Positions 10,981 through 25,711 of a stretch of DNA of 64,000 bases are shown here, one piece after another. The translations under genes and the position numbers were made by a program. Origin of the DNA: Emiliania huxleyi CCMP1516 (lineage: Eukaryota); assembly GCF_000372725.1 (NCBI RefSeq), contig NW_005201912.1, positions 377,711 through 441,710 of the forward strand, read 5' to 3'. The notes beneath the pieces were generated by a model that ran no database searches, was not told the DNA's origin, and saw only the letters and a list, made by a program, of their open reading frames with translations. Positions within the stretch are counted from its first letter, which is position 1, and each line of letters opens with the position of its first letter.

Positions 10981-13569
10981 TCAATGGCCAAAGATGTGCA
11001 GATCCCAGCTGTAGAGCTGCGAGTCGGGGCCGTGCGCCGAGCCAACCTGTGTGTCCTTGATTGCGAGCGTCCAAGTGCCGGCCGGGTCCTCTCCCCAGGA
11101 CCGCACCGTCGTCATCTTCCAGTTGAATGTCGGGTGCCGGAGCGACGGCGCTCCGTCCGAACCGATCCAACCCGCCGCGCTGCAGTCGTTGTAGTCGCAC
11201 GCGCACGAGGTCGGGTTGTCGCAGATGCCGTCGTTGCGAGTCGCGCACGAGTCGGTCGACGGCGAGCACTCGGTCGGTGCCGGGTTGGAGTCCTCCGGCC
11301 GCGGCGCGGGCATCAGGACGGAATTGGTCCCCGACGGCGACATGAGCTCCACCTGCAGGTCGCCCCGCGAGGTGTGGTCGAGGTACAAATAAACCTCGAT
11401 CCACTCGGTGAAGAAGCCACCCGTAGTGCCAACCTCGAGTGTGTGGACCAGGGTTGTGCCGTCGTGAGGGACGACGGTGGACGCAGGCGCCGGTTGCGCA
11501 CAGTAGCCCCAGCTCTCGCCCTGGCAGGCCGCATCCGTCACGTAGCACCACTCTTCTGCGCTGCCATCGGGGCGACCGCAAAAGTTGTCCACCGGCGAAT
11601 CAGGCAGGTCGGTCTTGCTCCAGGTCTGCTTGCAGACGCAGCCCGCCGTGGTCAGGGGGAGGCGGAACTTGGACATCCCGTGCGCCTCAATGAGCACCTC
11701 CGGCCCCCACGGTTCCCACGACTGTGCTGCCTCCACCGCCGCCTGCGCGTCCACCATCCCAAATCCGTACTTGACATTGTGGTGGTAGCCCGCCTCATTC
11801 GTGGTCCAGCCCTCGTCGTCCGGATCCGTCATGTAGGACGTCTGGGCGAGGATACCCTGAACGTCGCGGTACGTGAGCTGCGGTGCCGCCTCGAGCATAA
11901 GCGCCACGACGCCCGACACGACGGGACACGCGTACGACGTCCCTTGCCCCTGGGCCGCGCAGCCGCCGCCGTTCGCCGCCACCATCCAGTTATTTGCGTG
12001 GTCGTAAGCATCGCCGCCAGGAGCGCTGATAAAGAGCGACGCCCCCGTCGTCGAGTAGTAGCTGTGGCGGCCAAACTTGTCGGTCGCGCCGGTCGTGATC
12101 GTAAACCGGTCGTGCTGATATCCCATCTGGTTGATGTCGTCGCCTCCGCCGTGGCCGTTGCCGGCAGCAAAGACGTAGACCGTGCCCAGGCCTCCGCGGC
12201 CCGTGTGCACTCCCCGCATGAAGTAGGTGACCGTCGTCGGGTCGAGGTGCTGGAAGCTGCATTGCATCCACAGGTGAGTCCACGCGGCGCACTCCGGATC
12301 CGTCTCGTAATTGGAAGGGTGGCTGCAGTAGCGTTGGATGCGCGAGTCGCAAGAGCCGGGCACCCAGCTCGTGCAGACTTCGCACGGCGACGGGAAACGC
12401 GGGTCGGGGCTGGTCGCTGCGACCGGCCGGAAGGGGCAAGCCATCTTGTTCTGCCGGAGCAGCTCGTGCGACAGGCAGGGCGGGATCCCCCACGAGTTTG
12501 ACGACACCGCGTTGGTCTGCAGCGCATAGTCGCTGAAGGCGAAGAGCAGGTTCTCCTCGTTCGAGTTTGTGCGGAAGCTGCACTTTGAGAGGCCAGCGCC
12601 GTACGCGATGCCGCGGGAGCACTCGTCGTTGGCGGACGCAAGCGCGATCGCCGCCGTCGTCGTCCCGTGGTCACCCATGTTGTACTCCGATCCGGGGCAC
12701 GACGCGGCCTCGTCGTACTTGCTTGCAAAGTCTGCGGGGGGGAGGGGGGGGGGGCGGGACGTGAGGAAGTTGCGGCGAGGAAAGAGAGATGGTGTGAGGG
12801 CATGCTGACTAGTCGATCTCTGTCTGTCTGCCCGTTCTCGACTGTCCGTGCGTGCGATCTGTGCCCGGGGTTGTGTTTTTGTGTGAGGGCATGCGGCACC
12901 TGGATGTTCGTGGAAGGGCCCGAGGTCGTTGATGTTGATGGTGACCCCCTCGCCGGTTATGCCCTGGGCCCAGACGGGCTCCACGCGGACGAGATCAAAG
13001 ACCCACTGGTTCGGCTCGTACAGCGGGTCCGACAGGGTGTCGTACTTGGCGTCGCAGGCGTCGACCCACGCGTCCTCGGGGCAAAGCTCACGGTCACCGT
13101 GCCGCGCAGTGACCGTCTCGGTGTACTTGGCGCAGAGTGCAGCTGTGGGGCACCACTTGTAGCCGAGGGCGGTGCAGCCGGAGCACGTATACGGGTCGCT
13201 CTCACCGCAGTCACCTCCGTCCTTGAGGCAGGCCGCGGTGCTGCAGGCCTGGTTGCAGATGCCGTTGCCAATCGCAGTGGAGTCGCAGGACCAGTGGCAC
13301 GCCTCATCGCGGGAGTGGGTGCACGCCATCGCCGTGCCATCGTCCCTCGTGCACTCGACCCCGCTCGTACCAAAGATGTCGTGCGGCTGGAAGCACTTCT
13401 TGGTCCCAACAAACCCAAAGCCCTCCGCCTTGCACTCTGGCGCACTTGATGGGCACACACACGTCTCGCTGTAGAGCCGGGGCGCTCCAGCCGCGGTGGC
13501 ATTGTACGGCGCCGGCGCGGCGCTGGCCGCATGGCACAGCAGGAGCAGGAGCGCGAGGGTGGGCAGCAT
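10981..13569 (-). CDS. Secreted subtilisin/kexin-furin-like proprotein convertase (S8 + P-domain) with LNR-like and kringle-like modules
   Basis: Signal peptide MLPTLALLLLL. Catalytic motifs ININDLG, DHGTTTA, AAGNG, GTSYACP. HHNVKYGFG. P-domain LDHTSRGDL…SWGEDPAGTWTL. GT-AG intron at 12732-12899. Confidence 0.92.
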   Translation of the reverse strand: MLPTLALLLLLCHAASAAPAPYNATAAGAPRLYSETCVCPSSAPECKAEGFGFVGTKKCFQPHDIFGTSGVECTRDDGTAMACTHSRDEACHWSCDSTAIGNGICNQACSTAACLKDGGDCGESDPYTCSGCTALGYKWCPTAALCAKYTETVTARHGDRELCPEDAWVDACDAKYDTLSDPLYEPNQWVFDLVRVEPVWAQGITGEGVTININDLGPFHEHPGAACPHTKTQPRAQIARTDSRERADRQRSTSQHALTPSLFPRRNFLTSRPPPLPPADFASKYDEAASCPGSEYNMGDHGTTTAAIALASANDECSRGIAYGAGLSKCSFRTNSNEENLLFAFSDYALQTNAVSSNSWGIPPCLSHELLRQNKMACPFRPVAATSPDPRFPSPCEVCTSWVPGSCDSRIQRYCSHPSNYETDPECAAWTHLWMQCSFQHLDPTTVTYFMRGVHTGRGGLGTVYVFAAGNGHGGGDDINQMGYQHDRFTITTGATDKFGRHSYYSTTGASLFISAPGGDAYDHANNWMVAANGGGCAAQGQGTSYACPVVSGVVALMLEAAPQLTYRDVQGILAQTSYMTDPDDEGWTTNEAGYHHNVKYGFGMVDAQAAVEAAQSWEPWGPEVLIEAHGMSKFRLPLTTAGCVCKQTWSKTDLPDSPVDNFCGRPDGSAEEWCYVTDAACQGESWGYCAQPAPASTVVPHDGTTLVHTLEVGTTGGFFTEWIEVYLYLDHTSRGDLQVELMSPSGTNSVLMPAPRPEDSNPAPTECSPSTDSCATRNDGICDNPTSCACDYNDCSAAGWIGSDGAPSLRHPTFNWKMTTVRSWGEDPAGTWTLAIKDTQVGSAHGPDSQLYSWDLHIFGH

Positions 13570-14194
13570 CCTTCCGGGACGCGGCGCAGTCGCAGCGTGC
13601 AGATGGAGATGGGAAGGAAGGTCGTTGGCGATCGATCGCGTTTGTGTTGTCAAGAGTTGTGTCGGTCGAAACTCGGCGTGACGACTCCTTACCCCGATTA
13701 GGTTTGGGGCGTTTCGTGCCCCGTTGAATGGTCCTTGCTGTGACTGTTTGACATGGAACCCGCCCCACAGCAACGGCAACCCCCACTCTGTCGCCGCGGC
13801 CCGGCCGGGACGCGGGAGAAGAGTGTGTGGAGAAAGAAAGAGCAAGCAGAACGCGACAAGAAGCAAGAAGGCCGAACTCAAACACGAATGTGAATATGTA
13901 ATATGTCAGAACGCCCGTTTTTTTTCGCGAGAGTGTTCCAGTCTTCAAAAGATACGTGTAGCCTACGTAATGGACTCGGACAGATCAGACTCGGCCCAGC
14001 CCAGCACCCGCTCAACTACCGGCCTCGCGATCTCGGCCATCCTCTGCTGGCCAAGAGAGAGAGAAACTCTGTGTGACACATTTCTCTCTTGGCGCTTATG
14101 ACTTAGAAATGCTGCTGGCCCTCCACGGACGGGTGGTTGCACCCACCGACGTTCGCGTCGACCTGCGTGCGCGGACGTGTCACGGTTGTAGAAT

Positions 14195-14450
14195 GAAGCA
14201 CTTGGAGCACTTGGAGTGCAGTCATCAACCGCACATCCAGGGCCGGGGGGCTGAGAAGCACACCCAGCGAGCCGGATGATTGGCATCGGGTTGCGGGCAA
14301 GAGAGCCCTAGCCCCGGGGGTGCGCGTTCGCAGGGAAAGGGCCGTAAAGTAAACACGGTTCTCCGAGGGTTGGTTCTGCGCTTTGGGTGTCCCCTTGCTA
14401 GCGGCGGAACGCCCCCTCTACTCGGAGCTAGTAAACACCAGACACAGGCA
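14195..14450 (-). mobile_element. Dispersed repeat family 1, copy B
   Basis: Reverse complement matches 8590-8770 and 63870-64000. Confidence 0.8.
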
Positions 14451-14612
14451 TGACGTACACTCTCACCCGACATCGCCACTCAGGGCCCCTCCGCCCGATC
14501 TCCCCACCCCTGTGTGTGCGTGCGTGCGTGCGTGCGTGAGTGCGTGCGTGCGTGTGTGCGTGTGTGTGTGCGTGTGTGAGCGTGTTTGTGTGTTTGTGTG
14601 TGTGTGTGTGTG

Positions 14613-14733
<121 letters not shown>

Positions 14734-15717
14734 TTTGTGTTGTGTTGTGTTGTGTGCGAGGGGTGTCTCAGTGGCGAGGGGCGGCGGGCTCGGACGTCCA
14801 CCGAGTCGCTCCGCGCGCCAGGCGGAGCGCGCGCGCGCGCGGGCCAGAAGGCTCTCGGCAGGCTCAAGAGGACATCTGCACGAGCCTGTCGAGGACTGGG
14901 GCTCCACTCGAGGTCATGTTCATAGATTCCAAAGCATTGTTAATAGCAAAGGGGGGAAAAGGTACCCTCGACCCTCACGCCTGCAACCCTCGCGCGGCAG
15001 CACACCACTGCTCCGCACGAGACACCGTTGCAGGACCAACCCCCAAAACGCGACAGCGCACACAAAATAGGGAGGGTGGGTGGGGAAGCAAGACAGGCCG
15101 TGTGGGGTGTGGGTGTCACGAGGACAGACGTCCACGAAGACGGTGGACGGACGCAAACTCCTTATCCAATTCACACTCACGGCTGTCCTACTGGTCATAT
15201 AGAAAGTCGGCCGTCCGCGAGCCCCCAGCTCGCCGACGGCGAGAGAGATGCCACGAGGGGTCGCGGTGGCGTCCATCGCCATCCTGCACGGAGAAGAAAG
15301 AACTGATGCAGCCGAAGGGCTGGCGCAGTAGGAAGGAGAGCCTGGCGCGGCCAAGGACGAGGAGCGGCGTCATGGCCAGGTGAGCAGGAGAGAGCAGCGG
15401 AAGCCGCGCTCATCAGAGCAGCGAGCGGGCGGGAGCGCCCGACACGCACGGAAGTTCAAACTTCCGTAAAAGATGAAGTAAAAGATGTCCACGGAGAGTC
15501 CGTGAAGGACGCAGAGGCAGAAGAAGAGGTAGGAGAGGAGAGGGTGAGTCTCCTGCGGGAAACTAGTGGCCTATCACGAGTTAGGGCCCCTACCCCAATC
15601 GTTATCGGCGGAGGCGAAGAAGGATCAGGCGCGGTCTGGGGTGGACGCGTGACAGATGATTCCCCCTGAAGGCCGCGCCGCCGCTCGCTGAGCGACGCCT
15701 CACATCGGCACACCGTG

Positions 15718-17338
<1,621 letters not shown>

Positions 17339-17596
17339 CGGAGTCCGAAAGACAGCGGTCCTGAATCGCCCGTCTCGCGCTGTCGTCTGCGACTCATGTT
17401 TCTTAGGAAGGTCGTCGTGGTTCTTTACAGGTATATGTTACTCGTGAGATGGCAAGCGCGGACGTTCTATACCCTCTTCTCTCCCGCACGGATGATCGAC
17501 CCCAGCAAAATTCTTTTGCGCAGCGTGACTCGATGTTGCACTTGCCGCCGCGCTTGCCTTCCACCGAAGTCGCCCGTCGAGTGTGAAGTCGCCCTT

Positions 17597-18301
17597 ATGG
17601 CCTGGCTTGTTCGCCGCCTTCGCGCCCTCATGGTCGAGGAGCCGCTGTGTGCGGGCGACCTCACGTGTCGGCAGCCGCAGCGACGCTCCTCCTTTGAGCG
17701 CGAGCGACTCTCCACGGGAGACATTTCGGTTCAGCGGGCGCAACGGCAGCAGCGCCGGTCCTTTGACCTGGCGCAGCAGCAGCAGCGCCGGTCCTTCGAG
17801 GAGAGCCTGCGAGTGCAGCAGCAGCGTCGGTCATCACAACGCTCGCGCAGGTCGAGCCACGGCAGAGTGAGTCGGCGCACGAGTGAGCGGTGGCGGCTCG
17901 CGGTGGCCGGTTGGGGATCCGTTCGCCAGAGCTCGTGCTCCGAGGGCAGCTCTCGAAGCTCCCAGGTCACGTCTGAGTCGGAGGCGAAACGGTGCAGCGG
18001 GTCCGGGGTGGAGGCAGAGGCGGCGCCGGCCGAGCCAGTGTCGGAGGCACCACCGGCGCCTCCGACCGAGAGCGCGGCGGCGGCGAGAGAGCGGATGGAG
18101 CGGATGGAACGGATCGAGCAGGCGCAGTGGGCGAGGCTGGAGAAGGAGCGGATGGAGGCAATAGAGCAGGCGCAGTGGGCAATGGCGGAGGAGGAGGACG
18201 ACGAGGCGCCAGAGGTCCTCGAGTCAAGCTCTGAGAGCTGCCTCGGACTCTTCCTCGCCGGTGCGGCGGGCGCCGGCGCGGAGGAGCAGTCGCCGGCCTA
18301 A
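17597..18301 (+). CDS. Hypothetical low-complexity (Q/R/S/E-rich) protein
   Basis: Open frame with GC3-biased codons, ending before an AT-richer tract. No recognisable domain. Confidence 0.45.
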   Translation: MAWLVRRLRALMVEEPLCAGDLTCRQPQRRSSFERERLSTGDISVQRAQRQQRRSFDLAQQQQRRSFEESLRVQQQRRSSQRSRRSSHGRVSRRTSERWRLAVAGWGSVRQSSCSEGSSRSSQVTSESEAKRCSGSGVEAEAAPAEPVSEAPPAPPTESAAAARERMERMERIEQAQWARLEKERMEAIEQAQWAMAEEEDDEAPEVLESSSESCLGLFLAGAAGAGAEEQSPA

Positions 18302-18610
18302 ATGTTTAATATTCGATCTGTGTCTGTGCGTTTTGTGTCGCGGCATGCCATTTTTTTCATAGCGAGTTGGCTAGAGGGATGTTCTACACAATGTGTTTTC
18401 TCGCCGGTCGGCGGGGCACGTCTTTTCTGACATGTCCCCGCGCTCTGCGGACTGCGCACCGGCGCTGCCACAGATATAGCGCCGCAGCGTGCCACTGGCG
18501 GCCCAGTGCTAGTGGGGGAGTGTGCGCCACGGCGCTCTAGGAGACGTTTTCATTTCCGTTCTTCTTCGTGAGAGTACTAACAGCATACCATGTACCAACC
18601 GTAACTCGGA

Positions 18611-19907
<1,297 letters not shown>

Positions 19908-20527
19908 CGGCGCGGGCTCTCTCGGCTACCGGACCGGCCCCAGCTTCGGCTGAGGGCTAACTAACAAGCTGCCGAGCCCAAAAATCACTGTGAGAGTCGC
20001 GATTTCTTGTTGGTCTTCAAGAATCTCACTCTTCCAGGATGGTCGACGCATAAAGAGGACCGGCGGGCTTTGATTGGTTCTACCTTTATTCAAGTGCGTG
20101 TCTCTTCATTGCTTTTTATTGCTCCTTTGTGCACGAACGTGTACATTTCGGCGCTGAGCCCCTCTGACTGCGCCACTACAAGGAAAGCAGGCGGCCTTGT
20201 GAAGCGCCACCCTCGCCTGTCGCTCCGAGGACTCACTGGACCTCTCCCTGAAGTGGCGATTTGAAGAACCTCGCCCCACAAACCAATTTCTGTTACGCTT
20301 GTCTGGCGCCGCGCCTCGCAGGCGTTTCTCGTGGCGACCTCTTGAGCTTTGATGGTGCCAAAACAGATGGTGCCGATCGCCCGCCCGCCCGCCCGCTCGC
20401 CAGCACCATTCCACACCAACTCCACCCCACACGATCGTCTTGCATCTCCGCCCTTATACTGCCCGCTTGCCGGCTGCCGCCGCTGTCGCCGTCGCCACAC
20501 GCCTCTGCGTTCCTGCAGGAGGGAAAG

Positions 20528-22233
20528 ATGATCTTTGCCACGGCTCTCGTCGTGCTTGGCCTCACCGAGTCGGCTGACGCCCTCGTCCCACAGCAGTTGG
20601 CGAGGGCCCTCGTGGCGGTGAAACATGCGTCTGCCCAGACAAGTGTGTCGTCCAGGGCGTTTGAAGCTTGCTCATCGCACTCGGATTGCAGCGACGACAA
20701 TTACTGCGATACCGCGCAGCAGTGCTTCCCGTGCTCCGCGTGCGCTTCTTTTGACGACGCTATCGACGGCACGTGCCCGTCGAAGTGCGGCGACGGCGGC
20801 GGAGGTTGCTCATCGCACTCGGATTGCAGCGACGACAACTACTGCGATACCGCAATGAACTGCTTCCCGTGCTCCGCGTGCGCTGCTGTTGACGACGCCA
20901 TCGACGGAACCTGCCCGCCGAAGTGCGGCGACGGCGGCGGAGATTTCGGAGACCTTTGCAACGATGGCTCCGGGTGGGAAGAACTCTTTGGCGCCGACCT
21001 GCTTGAATGCCTCTGCGAGAATGGCGCGACCTCAGCGTCTGTGAATGACCCCGGCCTTGAAATCATTTGCAAATGTGAGGATGAGTTTGTGCGCGGCACC
21101 TCTCCCCTACCCGCGGCCCTCTGCGATCTCGCTCACCCCTACCACCCGTGCGCACAGAAATCGTCTGCGTCAGTCCAACTCGCGGCCGCTTTGTCGGGCC
21201 AAGACCCCGACGACTACTTCAAGGAGACTGTTCTCGAGGGGGAAGAGTGCCCCTCGGACGACCCCTGCTTCGCCCGTGACACCCTCGCCCTCCTCCCGTC
21301 GGGGGAGCGAGTGCCGATGGCCTCGCTCAAGGCAGGCGACCTCGTCATGGACGGCCCCTCATCAGTCGCCCGCGTCATCGTCAACCAGCATCGCGAGGCC
21401 GCCGTGCCACCGAGCCCGCTGTACCACCTTCTCGCCGTTACCACAAATACCCGCGCCGCCACCCTCTCGCCTCAACCAATCCACACCGAGCCCGTCTTGC
21501 CGCCAGGCCACCTTCAAGTCGGCCCTCCTCGAGCTCGAGCACGCCAACGGCATACTCTCCCTCACCCCCGATCATGTGCTGGAGGTGGACGGAGAGGCGC
21601 GGCTGATGCTAACCCCCTTCCTCCCTTCTCCCACCGCCCTCCCACCACCGCCCACCTCCCACAACCTCCCACCACAACCTCCCCTGCCGCAGTTCGTCCC
21701 CGCGCGCATGGTCGCGGCCGGCTCCAAGCTCGGCGAGTCCGAGGTGTCGCGCGTCGTCGCCTCGGTGGGCGAGGTGATCAACCCGCTCACCACCTCGGGC
21801 AAGATCCTCACTCAAGGCGGCGTGCTCGCCTCCACCTACCCCGAGTGGGTCGCCGAGTACATGCTCTCCTCCTACCTCGTACCGCTCCCGCTCTCGCTCT
21901 CCAATCTGCTCTCGTACCTCTTCCCGGAGACCGCGCAGGCGCGCCTCGCCTCGCCTGTTAGCACCCCTCCTCTGCCCTCCTCACCCCGGGTCTGAAAGAG
22001 CATGGGGCCCTCACACACAGGCGTACTACGACGCGCTCATTGAGCCGCTCGTCACCAAGGCCCACCCGAAGCACCTAAAGGCCGCCCTCCCCGCCCCGCT
22101 CCTCCCTGCCGCCTTCCTTGTGGGCGACCTCGCCGTCTCCGCCGGTTTCGCCGCCTTCGCGCTGGCCTCGCCGTCGGGCGTGGCGGCTGTCGCGGTCCTC
22201 CTCGCCGCCAAGATGCGCAAGGCGCGCAAGTGA
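20528..22233 (+). CDS. Secreted/membrane protein with Cys-rich repeats and a Hedgehog-type Hint domain
   Basis: Signal peptide. Two CSSHSDCSDDNYCD…CPxKCG repeats. Hint motifs P|CFARDT, SLKAGD, LTPDH, NPLTTSG, GVLASTY. C-terminal hydrophobic segment with basic tail. Three GC-AG introns. Confidence 0.85.
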
Positions 22234-23094
22234 AGATTAAGGCCGGCTCCACGTCGCCGTCAACCGCCCTGGCCGGTTGTCTGAATCCTGTGTACTACCA
22301 TCGAGCTTCCTTTGCATGTCGAGGGCTGCGCCCCATGAACCCGCATCCGGCGCCAGATCACATGATCCGGTGGGATCGCGTGCGCCCCCGCCCCTCCCCC
22401 GCCTCCGCCCCCCCGCACCAAGGCTCTACCCCGACTCGTCAGCGAGCTCCATGTCTATGTCCATGTGTGGGCGACCGCTGCGGTAACGGGTAAGACACGT
22501 GCTGTTTACAATTAGTTTACAAATACCCACTCGCTGCTGGTCATGCAAGACTGACACTTTGAGTCAGGTGTGGAAGGAGGCGGGCAGGCGCCCTCGGGCC
22601 CCGAGCCCCTCCTCGCGAGCCCCCCGAGACTCTCTCCGAACTCAAATTTATATCCACCGCAAAGAGAAAGAAAGAACGAAACAGTCTCTCGCCAATTCTC
22701 GCACGCAGCGACCTTCATGCCACCTCGGTCCTCGCTCCCCTCGCGGTCTTCTCACTCTCGTCGTTCTCTCTCCTGCTGCATCATCCTCTGACTCGTCGCT
22801 TAACGGCCTCGTTCTGCGACGACCGACGACGACGCCGCCTGCCGATCCCTTGCGCGGCTTCTGTCGCCTCTCTGCGACGATTATTCTTCTTTCAAGGTCG
22901 TCTGCCGGCCCCCTCAGCAGCAGCGGGGAGCACGGTCGGAAGGGCGCACTGCGAGGAGAGAGAGGGGGGGGGGGGAGAGGGGGGGGAGAAGAGTGTGAGG
23001 GGTACGGGGGCGAGGGCATGGAGGGGGAGAGGAAGAGCAAGGGCGAGAGGGGGCAGGGGACGGGTCGATGGCATACTAGGGGGGGGAGGGTGGT

Positions 23095-23290
23095 GGGCGG
23101 CGACCGCCGCATACCGCCCTATGGCGGCGAGTATCTATCGCTACGCCAGGCAGGGAGGGAGGACAAGGACGTCGACGTGCGGCTGCTGCTGTTCGAGTCG
23201 TTCGGTGGGTTCGGGAAGGGGGTCCGCGAGATCCTCTGGAAGGCGGCGAACGTGCTGCAGAACAAGCTGACGCGGGCCCAGTACCTGCCT
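23095..23290 (+). mobile_element. Fragment of the restriction-like endonuclease region of a non-LTR (CRE/R2-group) retrotransposon
   Basis: LLLFESFGGFGKGVREIL resembles the C-terminal Ex(F/L)GxxG motif of RLE domains. No start codon or upstream domains. Confidence 0.5.
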
Positions 23291-23546
23291 GGAATGCGTG
23301 GACCATCTTTGGAATGCGGTGTGCATCTTGAAATGCGAAAAGTCAACTCGGCGTTCTGAGTTGAAAAATGCAATCTGAGTTGATTTTTTGCAACTCAAAA
23401 TGCCCTCAGCATCTCAAATTGCGGGTTCCCGCTTCCCCGCCCCTGACGTGTCGTGGCGCGTACCTTCCCTTGCGACCTTGTGAGTTGTGACCAGGGCGCG
23501 TACGAGCTCACACAGGGACGAGGGAGGGGTCCGGAGTGGATAATGC

Positions 23547-23617
<71 letters not shown>

Positions 23618-23640
23618 CACAGTGTGTGTGTGTGTGTGTG

Positions 23641-23727
<87 letters not shown>

Positions 23728-23792
23728 TCATGTCGCCGCGGCGGGCCACGCATCTCTCGCCTCCGGCCACTTCCATCACGTGTATGTAACGC

Positions 23793-24713
23793 NNNNNNNN
23801 NNNNNNNNNNNNNNNNNNNNNNNNNNNNNNNNNNNNNNNNNNNNNNNNNNNNNNNNNNNNNNNNNNNNNNNNNNNNNNNNNNNNNNNNNNNNNNNNNNNN
23901 NNNNNNNNNNNNNNNNNNNNNNNNNNNNNNNNNNNNNNNNNNNNNNNNNNNNNNNNNNNNNNNNNNNNNNNNNNNNNNNNNNNNNNNNNNNNNNNNNNNN
24001 NNNNNNNNNNNNNNNNNNNNNNNNNNNNNNNNNNNNNNNNNNNNNNNNNNNNNNNNNNNNNNNNNNNNNNNNNNNNNNNNNNNNNNNNNNNNNNNNNNNN
24101 NNNNNNNNNNNNNNNNNNNNNNNNNNNNNNNNNNNNNNNNNNNNNNNNNNNNNNNNNNNNNNNNNNNNNNNNNNNNNNNNNNNNNNNNNNNNNNNNNNNN
24201 NNNNNNNNNNNNNNNNNNNNNNNNNNNNNNNNNNNNNNNNNNNNNNNNNNNNNNNNNNNNNNNNNNNNNNNNNNNNNNNNNNNNNNNNNNNNNNNNNNNN
24301 NNNNNNNNNNNNNNNNNNNNNNNNNNNNNNNNNNNNNNNNNNNNNNNNNNNNNNNNNNNNNNNNNNNNNNNNNNNNNNNNNNNNNNNNNNNNNNNNNNNN
24401 NNNNNNNNNNNNNNNNNNNNNNNNNNNNNNNNNNNNNNNNNNNNNNNNNNNNNNNNNNNNNNNNNNNNNNNNNNNNNNNNNNNNNNNNNNNNNNNNNNNN
24501 NNNNNNNNNNNNNNNNNNNNNNNNNNNNNNNNNNNNNNNNNNNNNNNNNNNNNNNNNNNNNNNNNNNNNNNNNNNNNNNNNNNNNNNNNNNNNNNNNNNN
24601 NNNNNNNNNNNNNNNNNNNNNNNNNNNNNNNNNNNNNNNNNNNNNNNNNNNNNNNNNNNNNNNNNNNNNNNNNNNNNNNNNNNNNNNNNNNNNNNNNNNN
24701 NNNNNNNNNNNNN
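23793..24713. other. Assembly gap (921 N)
   Basis: Seen directly. Confidence 1.
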
Positions 24714-25647
24714 TTTGGGGGGGGGGGGGGGGGGTATCAGGCAGCGGGGCGCCATCGCTAGGCCTGGTTGCGGCGGTGCCTCGCCCTCGGCTGCATCTCG
24801 GCTGATCTCGGCTAATCTCGCGCCATCCGGTACTCATGGCGGACAGCGCCACGCCCGTCCAAAGACGCCGCCGCCGCGCCCGTCGCGTCGACGCGCACAG
24901 TCCAGAGGGCGGGCTCCGTGGGGAAAGCGCTCACCACCTACCGCCGACATCGGCCGACATCGGCCGAGAGCCGAGATGAGCCGAGATGAGCCGAGATGAG
25001 CCGAGGTGAGAGCCGAGACCATCCGTCGGGCAGGCGAGCCCCACCTTGGCACACTTCCTAGACACTCCCCTAGACACTTCCTAGACACTTCCTAGACACT
25101 TCGTGCCGTGAGCAGGCGAGCCCCACCTTGGCACGCACGCGGAGCAGCGCCGGCGCCGAGTCGACGGCACGGTCCTGCGCCTGGCGAACCGACAGCAGCT
25201 CAAGCGACGGCAGCAGCAGCGACGTGCTCAGCCTGCGGCGGCGGGCGAAGGCACGGGTGGCGGCGATGCCAAAGCGGAGGCCTCTCTCCTGCTCTCTGCC
25301 TCTCTACCCCGCTCACCTCGGAGCGAGATCTGCCGCCGCCGCTCCACCCGCCGCCGCTCCGCCCCCAACACCGTCGCTCTCTGCCGCCCCAAGGCGGAGA
25401 CCACCGGCACCGGCGGGCGGCGGGGCGCCGGAAGCGGCGGCAGCGGAAGTGGCGGCCGCGGAAGAAGGAGCGGCGGCGGGCGGCGCGACTGCTGCGCGCA
25501 GCCCTGCCACCTCGGCGTGGTGGTCTGGGACGTGCATCGCCATGCTGCTGCTCGTGTACACCACGCCGACGCCCGCGGGCAGCCGCTCCAGCAGCACGCT
25601 CCGGAGTCGCACCCACCGCCCCGCATACTCGTCCTGCCCACCCGCCA

Positions 25648-25711
<64 letters not shown>

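Noticed and set aside
10837..12501. 554-aa plus-strand ORF (similarly 5312-6877 and 29094-30284)
   Set aside because: Antisense shadows of real GC-rich genes; Arg-rich with no motifs.
23508..24999. Long ORFs spanning the N run
   Set aside because: Artefacts of the assembly gap.
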